A stretch of 64,000 bases of DNA from Bryobacterales bacterium (GCA_965205595.1 CBDBHI010000067.1:207674-271673), one strand, 5' to 3'; shown: positions 49,593-60,294, counted from the first letter of the stretch. Numbers and translations: made by a program. The notes: generated from the letters alone by a model not told the origin.

Positions 49593-50385
49593 GAATGCGG
49601 CAGATCGCTCCAGCGAATTTGCTCTTGCTGTCCTGGTGACCCGGCGCGATTCCAGCGTCGCAGTAGTACAGATTGCCGTTCCACCACGTCATGCCATGCG
49701 GATCAGGGTCGCTGCTGTCGAGCTGGATTGCTTCGATAACGCGTCCGGTTTTGATGTCGAACCGCAGTATCCGGTAGTCGTTCGAGAACATGCACCAGAT
49801 GAACTCGCCGTCCCAACCCAGGCCGTGGGCCCGCGATAGTGGCGAGTCAAAGTCGTGGAATACGTTGACGTCGGCATCGGTCTTCAAAATCTTGTTGGGG
49901 TTGAACTGCGTCACCCACAAGAAATCCTTGGCCCAAAGAAGGCCGTGGAGCCCGCCGCCGTTAGGTGTCTGAAAGTTTTGGATATGTTTGCCTGTCTTGG
50001 CGTCGAGTTTGACGATGCGTCCGCCCTTAACGACATCATGGGCACGCCGCGGCCGCAGCTTGCCGGGGCCGTTCGCAGCCATAAAAACCAAACCGTTCCC
50101 AGCGGCTATTCCGCTGGTGTTCGATGACTGCGTTTCATAAGCAACCAGCGACTTACCTGTTTCCCAGTCCAGCAGATGGGCGCGGTCACTAATCTGCTCG
50201 CCGACCCAAAGGCCGTCTTCCGTGGCTTCAAGTCCGTTGGGGTGCCCCTCCGGCGATTGGAACAGAATCTCAACCTTGCGGCGCCGTCGGATCGGATAAT
50301 TGTTCCCATCGATGGCGGCAGCAAATGATGTGCCCGCCGTCATCCCGGCCGCGCCTAGCGCCAAAGAAAAAGTTCGTCGTGTCAT
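49585..50385 (-). CDS. Tat-exported beta-propeller protein (QC/Vgb/SMP-30-like)
   Basis: TRRTFSL leader; repeated HPNGL..DGLWV, LHGLLW, AHGLGWDG and PHGMTWW blades. Confidence 0.75.
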   Translation of the reverse strand: MTRRTFSLALGAAGMTAGTSFAAAIDGNNYPIRRRRKVEILFQSPEGHPNGLEATEDGLWVGEQISDRAHLLDWETGKSLVAYETQSSNTSGIAAGNGLVFMAANGPGKLRPRRAHDVVKGGRIVKLDAKTGKHIQNFQTPNGGGLHGLLWAKDFLWVTQFNPNKILKTDADVNVFHDFDSPLSRAHGLGWDGEFIWCMFSNDYRILRFDIKTGRVIEAIQLDSSDPDPHGMTWWNGNLYYCDAGIAPGHQDSKSKFAGAICRIHV

Positions 50386-51590
50386 AGTGGACCTCCCGTA
50401 TATCCCCAGTCGCGAATCCGCACCAATGAGCGGTCGATGTCTGCGATTTTCGCGACGCCCGACATCCCCATATCAAGCGCCAACTCGGTCTTGAGTAGTT
50501 GCAAAACGCGGGCCACGCCTTCGTGCCCGAAACATGTCAGCCCCCAAAGGTAGGGCCGCGCAACGCCGACGGCGGTCGCTCCCATCGCCAGCGCTTTCAA
50601 GATGTCGGTTCCGCGCCGAAATCCCCCGTCGACCAGCACGGGGATTTTTCCGGCGGCGGCCTCGACGCATTCGGGCAGCGCTTCGATGGTCGAGCCTGTG
50701 TGGTCGAGCTGTCGCGCGCCGTGATTCGAGACAACCACAGTGTCGACGCCAACTTCAACAGCCTTTTTAACGTCTTCGCCGATCATCAGCCCCTTCAGCA
50801 TTATCTTAAGGTCTGTTTCGTCCCGAAGCTGCTTAACGGTTTCCCAAGTTGGCGTCGGGAACGGGCGGCTGGGGAACTCGCCGGTGGTCCAAGTGCTGTC
50901 GCCCTCGTGATAGGTCAGGTTGCCGGCGCTGTCGCGGGGGATCCGGTCGAGATTGCACCAGGTCCGAACGAGGCCATTGTGAATCGAGCGCTCGCGGTGC
51001 GACACCAGCATGTTGTCGACTGTAAAACAAATGCCGCTACAGTCGGTGTCTTCAAGCCGCTCGACGAAATCGAGCATCATGTTGGTCGTTTGAAACTGCC
51101 CGCCGGTTGTGTACCGCCACCAGAATTTAGGCCCGTCGCCCGTGGCCAGGTAATCGTCGACACCGCCGTTTGTCACGTACATGGCGTTGGCCGCCGCCGC
51201 TCCGCGCGCGGTCTCCTCCTCGCCATTCTGGAGGAAGCAATTCTTGCCACCCGCCGGACAAACAAAAATCGGGAAGTCCAGCTTCTTGCCTAAGAATTCC
51301 GTCGACAAGTCGATGTTATGAACGTCCGTCAGGAATCGAGGACGCAGAATCACTCGATTGAACGCCAGTCGCGCTTCCTTGAGTGAAACTTCGTCCTTGC
51401 CGCCCTCAGCCATGTAGTCGAAAGCGACCGGGTCGAGTAACGATTTAGCCAACTCGCGGAAGTCGAAGACGTTCGCGAGCTTCTTCGAATCGGTCAGCAG
51501 CGGCTTGTCGGCCGCGAGCAGTAGGGGCGAAGTGAGGAACAATCCCGCTAGTTGTTCGAACACTTCACGTCGGTTCACAGTTCGAGACAT
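50382..51590 (-). CDS. FMN-dependent alpha-hydroxy acid oxidase/dehydrogenase with Tat-like leader
   Basis: LRPR.L.DV, TVD, LKGL, VSNHGARQLD, DGGFRRGTD.LKALA.GA and GVARPYLWGL motifs; NRREVF leader. Confidence 0.9.
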   Translation of the reverse strand: MSRTVNRREVFEQLAGLFLTSPLLLAADKPLLTDSKKLANVFDFRELAKSLLDPVAFDYMAEGGKDEVSLKEARLAFNRVILRPRFLTDVHNIDLSTEFLGKKLDFPIFVCPAGGKNCFLQNGEEETARGAAAANAMYVTNGGVDDYLATGDGPKFWWRYTTGGQFQTTNMMLDFVERLEDTDCSGICFTVDNMLVSHRERSIHNGLVRTWCNLDRIPRDSAGNLTYHEGDSTWTTGEFPSRPFPTPTWETVKQLRDETDLKIMLKGLMIGEDVKKAVEVGVDTVVVSNHGARQLDHTGSTIEALPECVEAAAGKIPVLVDGGFRRGTDILKALAMGATAVGVARPYLWGLTCFGHEGVARVLQLLKTELALDMGMSGVAKIADIDRSLVRIRDWGYTGGPL

Positions 51591-51741
51591 ACCGATTGCG
51601 AAGCTATCACCCAATGCAACCGATTGTCAACGTGGCCCAACGCGACCACTGGCCGCTTATGCCGTAGCCCGCACAGTGCGAAACTGAGTGCCGAAGAACC
51701 CCTGCCGCGACATAGAACCCGGCATACATGGAGAACCCAAA

Positions 51742-52965
51742 ATGTCCGCCTTTGCTACCGACAGGATCGAATTCCCTGGATCACAGGGAACCGCGCTCGC
51801 CGCGCGCTTCGATCAGGCACTGACCGGCGCGGGTACAACCGCGCTATTTGCCCATTGTTTTACCTGTTCCAAGGACATCGCGGCGGCGTCGCGCATCTCG
51901 AAAGGTCTTGCGGCGCGCGGTATCAGCGTCCTGCGATTCGACTTTACCGGGCTCGGGCACAGCGAAGGTGAGTTTTCGAATACGAACTTTTCTTCGAATG
52001 TCGAAGATCTCGTAAGTGCCGCGGCATGGCTGCGCGAAAATCATCAGGCGCCGGCCCTGTTGGTCGGTCATAGCCTCGGCGGCGCCGCCGTGCTCGCGGC
52101 GGCTGAGAATATTCCTGAGACGCGAGCGGTTGCGACGATTGGGGCACCCGCGGATCCCGGTCACGTCGCCGACTTATTTGCGGACAAGGGCGCGGAGATC
52201 ATCAGAGACGGAGAAGCCGAGGTGCAGCTAGCCGGGCGGCCGTTTCGAATTCGCAAACAGTTTCTCGACGACATCGCGGAGCAGAGCCTCACCAGCCGGA
52301 TCCAAAACATGCACAAGGCGTTGCTAGTGATGCACGCGGTCACAGATCAAACGGTGGGTATTGACAACGCCGCACAAATATTTCAAGCAGCCAAACACCC
52401 CAAGAGCTTCGTCTCGCTGGATCGCGCGGATCACCTGCTGACACGTCCGGAGGATTCGGAATACGTCGCTGACGTACTGGTGGCGTGGTGCGCAAAGTAC
52501 GTTGATGCAAATCCACAGCAGGCAGCGCAACCAGCGGACGGCCGAGTTGTCGTAGAAGAAACCGGCGCAGGGAAGTTCCTCAATCGTGTTCGAGTGGGGA
52601 GCCATGAACTCGCCGCCGATGAACCGGTTTCGGTCGGCGGACTCGACGCGGGCCCTTCCCCCTACGACTATCTACTGGCCGGACTCGGCGCCTGCACCTC
52701 GATGACGCTTCGAATGTATGCCGACCGCAAGGGCTTGCCATTAGAGAACGTGTCGGTGAGCCTCCGTCATGAAAAGATACATGCCGAGGATTGCGCCGAT
52801 TGCGAAACAAGCGAGGGCCGGATCGACCACATTGACCGCGAAATCAAACTCGTGGGAAATCTGACCGAACCGCAACGAACTCGGCTGCTAGAGATTGCTG
52901 ATCGCTGTCCAGTGCACCGTACACTACATTCGGAAGTTCACATCGAAACCCGCGCGGCTGACTAG
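51742..52965 (+). CDS. Bifunctional alpha/beta hydrolase-OsmC family protein
   Basis: [15 protein letters not shown] and ADHLL in the hydrolase part; GPSPYD.L.AGLGAC..MT and [11 protein letters not shown] in the OsmC part. Confidence 0.92.
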   Translation: MSAFATDRIEFPGSQGTALAARFDQALTGAGTTALFAHCFTCSKDIAAASRISKGLAARGISVLRFDFTGLGHSEGEFSNTNFSSNVEDLVSAAAWLRENHQAPALLVGHSLGGAAVLAAAENIPETRAVATIGAPADPGHVADLFADKGAEIIRDGEAEVQLAGRPFRIRKQFLDDIAEQSLTSRIQNMHKALLVMHAVTDQTVGIDNAAQIFQAAKHPKSFVSLDRADHLLTRPEDSEYVADVLVAWCAKYVDANPQQAAQPADGRVVVEETGAGKFLNRVRVGSHELAADEPVSVGGLDAGPSPYDYLLAGLGACTSMTLRMYADRKGLPLENVSVSLRHEKIHAEDCADCETSEGRIDHIDREIKLVGNLTEPQRTRLLEIADRCPVHRTLHSEVHIETRAAD

Positions 52966-52978
52966 CCCGCAATCTACG

Positions 52979-54655
52979 CTAGCTTTCGAGGATCACCGGT
53001 ACGATCAAGGGCCGACTCTGCCGGGAAGTCTTCTTAGCCAGGTAGCGCCGTAAATCGTCGCGGACCTTTTCTTCCATCACGCCCCAATCACTGCGTTCCT
53101 CCGCCGAGCTGGCGTTTACCGTAGCGACAATGACGTCGCTCGCCCCGGCGAGCAGAGTCTCGGTCTCCTCCGAAACCACGAATCCGCGCGAAATAATCTC
53201 GGGCGAGCTGTCGGCCTTGCCTGTGCGCTGATTGATACTGACGACCGGCACCAGCACTCCAAATTCCGAGAGATTCTGGCGGTCGCGAATCACGAACTCT
53301 TCGACAATTTCGTCGCCCGTGCCCACATCGATGAATACGCGGCCTACCGGAACCTTTTCCGGGAGCTTGCGCGCGCCCAACTCATCGAATTGCAGCACGT
53401 CTCCGCTCTCAAGGATGAAGGTCTCGTCTAACTCACTTCCAAGAACCAGTTCCGCTAGGCGGGCGTGCTGCGAGAGCTGCCGGAATTCGCCGTGGACAGG
53501 CACGAAATACTGAGGTCTAACGAGATTGAGGATCAGCTTCAGCTCTTCTTGCGAGGCATGGCCCGAGACGTGAACGCCGGGGTGCTCATCGCCGTAGAGA
53601 ACGTCCGCGCCCCGCCGATAGAGGTGATCGATCAGCCGAAAGATCGGCTTCTCATTGCCGGGTATCATCTTGGCGCTAAATACCACCGTGTCACCGTCTT
53701 CGATAACCGCGTGTCGATGTTTCCCGACCGCCGCTCGTGACAGCGACGAGAGCGGCTCGCCTTGACTGCCGGCAATAATCATCGTCTGCTGCGAACGAGG
53801 CAGGTTTGTAAGTTCTTGCGGCCTCACCATCGTTCCCGGCGGCAGCCGAAGCAATCCGAGGTCAGCCGCCAGCTCCGATGCTGTCGCCAGGCTGCGACCC
53901 ACCAAGGCGACCTTTCTGCCGTGGTCGACTGAATGGTCAATGATCTGCTGCACTCGATGCGTTGCTGACGAAAAACAGGTGAAATACAGCGCCTCTTCCG
54001 CGCGCATGAAAATGTCCGCGAATGCCGGCCCAACCGTTCGCTCCGAAGCCGTGAAGCCTCGACGGCCTACGTTGGTGGAATCTGACAGAAGCAAAAGTAC
54101 GCCGCGCTTTCCGTACTCAGAAAGCGTCGTGAGATCCATCACCCCGCCGTCGATCGGAGTTTGATCGATCTTGAAGTCGGCGGTATGAATTATGTAACCG
54201 GCGGGGGTTTCAATCGCTAGCGCAACGCAGTTTACCGTGCTGTGCGTAACGTGCACGAACTCAATTTTGAAACAGCCGACCGTGACCGTTTCGCCGGCCT
54301 TGACTGTCGTTGTGCGGGGCTTGTCGGCGAGTTTGTATTCTTTGAGCCGCCGGTTTACCAGCGCCAGCGTGAACGGCGTTGCAAAAATCGGAATGTCGAT
54401 CTGCGAAAGGACGTAACGGACCGCTCCGATATGGTCTTCGTGGCCATGGGTGAGGATCAAGGCACGAACCCGCTCGCGGTTGTCGAGCAGATAAGTCAGG
54501 TCGGGGACAATGACGTCGACCCCCATTTGCTCGACACCCGGGAACAGGATTCCCGCGTCAACAACGATGATGTCGTCACCGGACTCGAGCGCCAGCATAT
54601 TCATGCCAAACTCGCCCAGTCCGCCGAGTGGAATAACTCTTAGTTCGCCTGTCAA
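52979..54655 (-). CDS. rnj: Ribonuclease J
   Basis: PLGGLGEFGMN, THGHEDHIG, HTADFK, GSQGEP, HVSGHA and PVHGE motifs. Confidence 0.96.
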   Translation of the reverse strand: MTGELRVIPLGGLGEFGMNMLALESGDDIIVVDAGILFPGVEQMGVDVIVPDLTYLLDNRERVRALILTHGHEDHIGAVRYVLSQIDIPIFATPFTLALVNRRLKEYKLADKPRTTTVKAGETVTVGCFKIEFVHVTHSTVNCVALAIETPAGYIIHTADFKIDQTPIDGGVMDLTTLSEYGKRGVLLLLSDSTNVGRRGFTASERTVGPAFADIFMRAEEALYFTCFSSATHRVQQIIDHSVDHGRKVALVGRSLATASELAADLGLLRLPPGTMVRPQELTNLPRSQQTMIIAGSQGEPLSSLSRAAVGKHRHAVIEDGDTVVFSAKMIPGNEKPIFRLIDHLYRRGADVLYGDEHPGVHVSGHASQEELKLILNLVRPQYFVPVHGEFRQLSQHARLAELVLGSELDETFILESGDVLQFDELGARKLPEKVPVGRVFIDVGTGDEIVEEFVIRDRQNLSEFGVLVPVVSINQRTGKADSSPEIISRGFVVSEETETLLAGASDVIVATVNASSAEERSDWGVMEEKVRDDLRRYLAKKTSRQSRPLIVPVILES

Positions 54656-54734
54656 CTCTTATTCTCGCCTATTGGGCGCCAGTCGATATGGTTATTTAGC
54701 CAGATTGCCGATAGCTGTGACGGAGGATAGGCCC

Positions 54735-55067
54735 GTGGACGATCGTCGACAAGTCTCTCGTGAGCGCCCCAGGTTTCCAGTCCAGCTTGCGTTGACACTG
54801 CGTGAATTCGATCGAGATGTCGCGGGACGCTTGCTCGACGTGAGCGAGTCCGGAGTCGGCATCGAAACTTACGTCGAACTTCCCGCCGGCGCTCGGGTTA
54901 GCCTTCGCGCTGCACTGTCCGACGGTGACATCGATCTCTGCTTCGATTGCAGCGCCCAGGTGCGCCACTGCCGGCGGCTCGACAGCGGGCTGTTCCGGGC
55001 CGGCCTAGAAGTGGTGAATGTTTGTTGGTCGCGCAAGGACGGCGCGCTCACGCTCATCGAAGCCTAG
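54735..55067 (+). CDS. PilZ domain protein
   Basis: R.R.RF (RxxxR-like) and DVSESG (DxSxxG) motifs; GGAGG SD before GTG 54735. Confidence 0.75.
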   Translation: MDDRRQVSRERPRFPVQLALTLREFDRDVAGRLLDVSESGVGIETYVELPAGARVSLRAALSDGDIDLCFDCSAQVRHCRRLDSGLFRAGLEVVNVCWSRKDGALTLIEA

Positions 55068-55578
55068 CTCTACGGGTGCGAACTCGATTACTTTTGTATC
55101 GCGATTTCAACCGTGTTGCTTCTCCGACCGTCCGTGTAATTTAGCGTGACGAACGTCCGATTGTTTGTCGCCACGTTTACCGGCACAATCACGTTGATCT
55201 GGAATAGTCCAACGAACCCCGGTGTCAGACCCGCAAAAAGTGGAATCACCTTGGCCGGAAAACTAAATCCGAACTGAACCTCGGGCTGCTCAATCGCCGT
55301 TGCCAGCGGCCCAGCCGGAGCGCCGTTTCCGGTAGGAGCTGAAGGGCTAACGGCTCCCAATCCGGTTGCGAAAATCTCAAGTACGTCACCGGGACGAGCG
55401 GGCGCCGCCGCAATTCCCACTGACTGTCCGAGCGCGGTCGGCAGGGGGAAATTTCCTTGACTGGCGTTTCGAATCGCGCCGTATTGAGCAATATTCAAAC
55501 GGAAAATTCCGGGAGACTTGCCTTCGACCGGAACCAGCGCCTGGTTGCCGGCCTGACCGTCACGAAAAACTTGGACTA

Positions 55579-56697
55579 GTACTTAGTTGCGTAAGTTAGA
55601 ATATTTACTGGCGAGGGGACGAGGGGCGACGACGGTCTTGGTCCATTCGAACGGAGTAGCCTTGGAGTTGTAGACGCGGACGAAGCTGTCGATGGCCTCG
55701 CGCACCTGCCGGGGGGAAGTGAAACTCGCCCCCCGCAAGGCGCGGCGGCTCAGAATCGAAAACCACACCTCAACCTGATTCATCCACGAACTGTAGGTCG
55801 GCGTGTAGTGAAAATGGATGTTCGCATGACGTTGCAGCCAGCGGTCATTTTTGGGCTTGTGAGTGTTCAAGTTATCCAAGATGATGTGGATCTCGCGGCC
55901 TTCGTGGATGGCCGCGATGTGGTTCATGAAGTCGAGAAACTCGCGACGCCGTCGGCGCCAATAGTGTCCGGCGATGATGAATCCGGTAGCCACTTCCAGC
56001 GCGGCGAAAAGCGGCGTCGTGCCGTGCCGCCTGTAGCCGTGCGAGAAGCCCGTCAAGGCCTTGCCGTTGGGCAAGCGTAGCCAGCCCTGCGCTCGCTCCA
56101 AGGCCTGGATGCTCGGCTTCTCGTCGACCGCGAGCACCACGGCGTTTTCCGGCGGGCTGAGGTAGAGTCCGACAATGTCGGCGGCCTTGCGAGCGAACTC
56201 CGGGTCGGTTGACAAACACCAACTGCGCCGCCGCCGCAAGGACACGCCGAGCTGCCGCAGTACGCGCCAGACTTGATGCTTGCTGACGTCGCCGAGAGCT
56301 TCCGCGAGCAGTTCGCCTGTCCAAGTGGCGTGCCCTTCGGGCGGAGCTTCGTCGAGTTGGCAGAGGATGCGTTTGCGCGTCGCTTGGTCGTACCGCGCGG
56401 GCCTGCCGGAACGCGCTTGATCGCATAATCCCGCCAGACGTTGCTGGGCGAAGCGGGTGCGCCATTTCGACACGCGCGCCGCCGGGGATCCCAGTTGCCG
56501 GGCGATCTCGGCGGTCGAGGTAGCGGCGGCCGCCAGCAGCACAATGCGAGCGCGCTCCACCATGCGCCGTTCGGACTTGTGGCCGCGCACCCAGAGTCGC
56601 AGCGTCTCTTCTTCCTCGGCGTTCAGTCGAATCACCGTTGCCGGTCTTGCCATACCGACATTTTACAGTTAAAGGCCTTACTTTCGCAAGTTAGTAC
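55579..56697 (-). mobile_element. IS630-family insertion sequence
   Basis: IRs GTACTTAGTTGCGTAAGT and GTACTAACTTGCGAAAGT; TA duplication at 55577-55578 and 56698-56699. Confidence 0.93.
55583..56653 (-). CDS. IS630 transposase
   Basis: RARIVLL HTH, VDEKPSIQALER, IILDNL.THK and PTYSSWMNQVEVWFS motifs. Confidence 0.95.
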   Translation of the reverse strand: MARPATVIRLNAEEEETLRLWVRGHKSERRMVERARIVLLAAAATSTAEIARQLGSPAARVSKWRTRFAQQRLAGLCDQARSGRPARYDQATRKRILCQLDEAPPEGHATWTGELLAEALGDVSKHQVWRVLRQLGVSLRRRRSWCLSTDPEFARKAADIVGLYLSPPENAVVLAVDEKPSIQALERAQGWLRLPNGKALTGFSHGYRRHGTTPLFAALEVATGFIIAGHYWRRRRREFLDFMNHIAAIHEGREIHIILDNLNTHKPKNDRWLQRHANIHFHYTPTYSSWMNQVEVWFSILSRRALRGASFTSPRQVREAIDSFVRVYNSKATPFEWTKTVVAPRPLASKYSNLRN

Positions 56698-58083
56698 TAG
56701 CTTATTCCCCAGCCCAACCTCCCACGGCACCTGGAAGTTTAACTGTCCAAAGGATTCGAAGAACAAGGGAGAATCGATGCCGTCAACGACAACCCGCGTA
56801 CCGTTGAAATCCGTTGGCAGCGGGAGCGCGCCCGCAAGGGCAAACTGATTGGCGACGTGGATTCCAAATATCGATGTAATTAGACCCGGAGTCAACGGCC
56901 GGTTATTCGCAAAAGTCGCGCCATTCACGACCCCGCGGAAGGCGATAATTGGGCCGGCCAACGGCTGAACGATCAACTCGACCTCTATCGTGATTGCATT
57001 CGGCGCGTTTGACTCCAGCGCGAGGCGCCCGGTGTACCTGCCGGCCGCCAATCCATCGATCGCGGATTTCACTCGGAATAGGTTGTTGCCGGCGTCCTCG
57101 GTCGTCAACCAGCCGCCGCCGTTATCAGTAGTCGCGGTCAGTGCTGTGACTGCCAACGCGCCGGCGCCGCGGTTATTGAAGGCCACAAATTGGTCGCCCA
57201 CGGCCAGGCCCTCAGCGGTCGTAAATCGCAAGCGGGTAGCACTTGGGGCGGCGATCGGGCCATCCGTGACGTGCATTGTAATTGGCACGTCTCCGTTGTC
57301 GCTTTCGACCGATGAGCCCAAAATCAAAAGAGTTCCGTTCTGATCACCCACTGGTAGGCCTGCCTGGTAAGTCGCCGTAACCTTGTGGGCATGAAAGTCG
57401 CTGCGAAATGACCCCAGCCCAGAGGAAGTCACGCGCACAAACGGGACGTCGGCGCTAAATGTAGGCGCGGCGCCTGGCGCGGTCTGAAACTCCACGAAAT
57501 CGCTATTGTTGGTTTCCGGACGCACATACAAATCAATGCGGTCCGGCACGTTCCCCCCGACAAATATCTCGATCGGTACAGTCTGCGGAGCATTGGCGGC
57601 GCCGGGATCGGAAACAATGACTTCGCCGTCATAGGTGCCGGCAGCGAGGCCCGCGGTGGTGAACATCACTCGTACCTGACGGCAGGACTGCTGGAAATCA
57701 AATATACAACCCAACGGGCCCCCGATCGTCGGGGTCAACCAAGGTGAGAATCCGCCACTGACAGTTGGGCTTAGCGTCCCGTCGCCGTCATTGGTGACTT
57801 CGAAAATAAGTCCACTCGGACCATTAGTGCCCGTGCTGACCCAAATGGGATTTTTGAGCTCGTCTGGAACGATAACCCTCATGACGGGCACCGCCCAGGC
57901 GGATTGAAGAAAGACGACCAAGGCGAAGCAGAGTTGCTTTACGCGATTTCTCATAAAATTTCCAGACTCGGTGGGAGGACCTTAGACAGGCGCGGACGGG
58001 CGACAACTTCTATTTTACTCGCAGTACTCCGCGAGCGTAGTGATTTTTCGTAGGTGTGTTTCGGGAGCTCTGATTTCGTTGCT

Positions 58084-58398
58084 TCAGCCGGCATCAATCT
58101 CCATTCGAAGCAGCGCCGCCCCGAACGTTTTGCCTTGCGCGTCGGTCCTTAGTGAAACTGTGCCCCCGCCGCCGAGCGATTCGTGAAGTAAGAAATTCAA
58201 CGCTCCGAGGTTTGGCATTTCGTAGCGTTCGACGCGACCTTTGCAGATTCCTGCGAAGTGCTCTTTGACGCGCTCGGCCGTAACCTCGCGTACCAGCAGA
58301 GAGTAGTGCTCCGGGTTCTTTGCGATCAAGCCAATATTGACGCTGTCTCCCTTATCGCCCGACCGAACGTGGGCGATATCGAGCAGTCTCGCCGTCAT
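58084..58398 (-). CDS. AtuA-related small protein (AtuA C-terminal-like domain)
   Basis: AH.RSGDKGD..NIG, V.RYE.PNLGALNF and GGGG..SLR.D.QGK motifs. Confidence 0.75.
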   Translation of the reverse strand: MTARLLDIAHVRSGDKGDSVNIGLIAKNPEHYSLLVREVTAERVKEHFAGICKGRVERYEMPNLGALNFLLHESLGGGGTVSLRTDAQGKTFGAALLRMEIDAG

Positions 58399-58460
58399 AC
58401 GCAAATTGTATCGAAACGCTGCCGCGGCGTCGAATTTAAGCCGATGAGTCGAAGAGGGAC

Positions 58461-58871
58461 GTGATGCAAAATCAGCCGGAGTTCGTTGTACTAGAAGGCG
58501 GCGCCGCGCCGATATCAACCGTTCAAACTGAACTCTTAAGGAACATCGTCGAACTGCTACGAACGCTTTCAGATGAGGAATCTGAGAATCTTTGTTTGCT
58601 GCTCAAGACCCTCGCCGTCGACGGGTATCTGCGCCGCGCCAGGCCGTTCGACATGGGGCCTATCAAGATCATGGCCGAGGTAATCAGCGGCTGGGATCAA
58701 GATGGCGTCTACGAGTTTGCCCGCGCCTGGGTTAGCACTCTGGTGGCTCGAGAAGACGGATTTAGTTGGGATCGTTGTACCGCTGAGGAGAAGCTGCAAC
58801 ACCACCGCCGCATCGACGACGAGCTGCTGAGGCGTGGACTTGGCGACAGCGTTGGCGATCTTTCGGGCTAG
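58461..58871 (+). CDS. Hypothetical protein
   Basis: 136-aa ORF with helical composition that fills the intergenic gap; no family recognised. Confidence 0.5.
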   Translation: MMQNQPEFVVLEGGAAPISTVQTELLRNIVELLRTLSDEESENLCLLLKTLAVDGYLRRARPFDMGPIKIMAEVISGWDQDGVYEFARAWVSTLVAREDGFSWDRCTAEEKLQHHRRIDDELLRRGLGDSVGDLSG

Positions 58872-59128
58872 CCCAGCCACCGCCCGCCTTGGTTCGGCGG
58901 GTCATTCAAGGGAGAAACTTGAGATTCCAGAGAGGTGACGTTGCGCTTCGCCGAGCCGCGGTGCACACGTCGCGGAAAGGACCGCACCGCGAGGCGGCGC
59001 GACTCGGTATCGCGAACGGTTGCCTCCAACAAATAGCTTGGCGGGCAGCTTGAAAAATCAAGTTTCGGGGTAGCGTTGCGACTAGCCGCTTGGCGAAATC
59101 CTCCCGAAGCGCTAATCTGTTCTTGCAA

Positions 59129-60262
59129 ATGCTCCTTGCAACGCCCCACCCAGACCGCCGCACACGGCGTGAATTGTTGAGCGCTTCGGCGGCCGCCCTG
59201 TCCGCCCCGGCGTTCCTCCAAGCCCAGAACACCAACAACGAGATTCGTGTCGGAATTATCGGAGTCGGTGGCCGCGGATCAGCGGTACTAACGCGTGTAG
59301 TCAAGTCGGCGAATGTGCGCGTCGTGGCCGTTTGTGACATCGATTCGGAAGCCCGAGACTGCGGCGCGACGATCGCGAAAGATTCGTCACCCACACTGCT
59401 GAGCGACTACCGTGAGTTGCTCGATCGAAATGATATCGACGCGGTTGTTATTGCCACGCCGGTTGATCTGCACAAGGAAATGGCAGTAGCGACGCTAGAG
59501 TCCGGCCGTCACCTTTACCTTGAAAAACCGATGGGTCGCACCGCCGATGAGGTCCACGCCGTCGCCAAGGCCGCTCAGCAATCGCGCGGTCAACTTCAGC
59601 TTGGATTCCAACTTCGCTATGACCCCCCGCGCCGCGCCGCCATCGAAGAAATCCATCGTGGCGGCATCGGCAAGGTCGCCTACATGCAGGGCAACCGCCA
59701 TGGCCGCGATCTGCCGCGCGAGAAGACCTGGCTATTTGATGTCTCACGCTCGGGCAACATGATCGTCGAGCAAGCGGTACACATCATGGATCTCATGAAT
59801 TGGGCGATGCAAACGCATCCCATTCGGGCCATGGGGTCGGGCGGAATCAACGTCTATCACGACCAGCCCATGGGTCGAACGACATTCGATAACTACGTCA
59901 TCATTTACGAGTATCCAGGAGACGTCAGACTCTGTTTCACCCATCTTTTCATCGACCCGGCTGGCTTTACGGGCATCTCAGAAAAAATCTGGGGTACGGA
60001 ATTCGCGATCGATCTACCCACCGGCACAAAGTACAAGCTGACGCAGCGCGGCGAAGAGCGCATGGATCCGGTCAAGCTATTTGACGGAGATCGCGGCGAT
60101 ATGACTCAATCCGCCGTCGACGCGTTCTTTGGTCACGTTCGTGACAACTCCGAGCCACTCAACAACGCCACATACGGAATGTACGCCACGCTAACGGCGA
60201 TTATGGGCAGGATCGCAATGGACGAGAAGCGAATCGTCGAGTGGGACGACGTCGCGGCCTAG
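59129..60262 (+). CDS. Gfo/Idh/MocA oxidoreductase with Tat-like leader
   Basis: TRRELL, IIGVGGRG, ATP..LH, LEKP and EQAVH.MD motifs. Confidence 0.92.
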   Translation: MLLATPHPDRRTRRELLSASAAALSAPAFLQAQNTNNEIRVGIIGVGGRGSAVLTRVVKSANVRVVAVCDIDSEARDCGATIAKDSSPTLLSDYRELLDRNDIDAVVIATPVDLHKEMAVATLESGRHLYLEKPMGRTADEVHAVAKAAQQSRGQLQLGFQLRYDPPRRAAIEEIHRGGIGKVAYMQGNRHGRDLPREKTWLFDVSRSGNMIVEQAVHIMDLMNWAMQTHPIRAMGSGGINVYHDQPMGRTTFDNYVIIYEYPGDVRLCFTHLFIDPAGFTGISEKIWGTEFAIDLPTGTKYKLTQRGEERMDPVKLFDGDRGDMTQSAVDAFFGHVRDNSEPLNNATYGMYATLTAIMGRIAMDEKRIVEWDDVAA

Positions 60263-60294
60263 TGAACTGCGACCCTCACGTTCAACGAATCGAG

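Larger units (their letters stand above)
55088..57954 (-). pseudogene. Secreted Ig/BACON-repeat protein with TIGR03437-type (Solibacter) C-terminal domain, split by IS630
   Basis: VVNGATFA..PLTPG.I.SIFG and PARPGD.LEIFATGLG...FAGLTPGFVGLFQIN motifs. Removing the IS and one TA restores the frame ...GNKLV|QVFRDGQ... Confidence 0.88.

Noticed and set aside
51100-51140. Apparent loss of the catalytic Tyr in the hydroxy-acid oxidase
   Set aside because: An ungapped alignment with glycolate oxidase (RFFQLY vs KFWWRY) keeps the Tyr, so the claim is not supportable.
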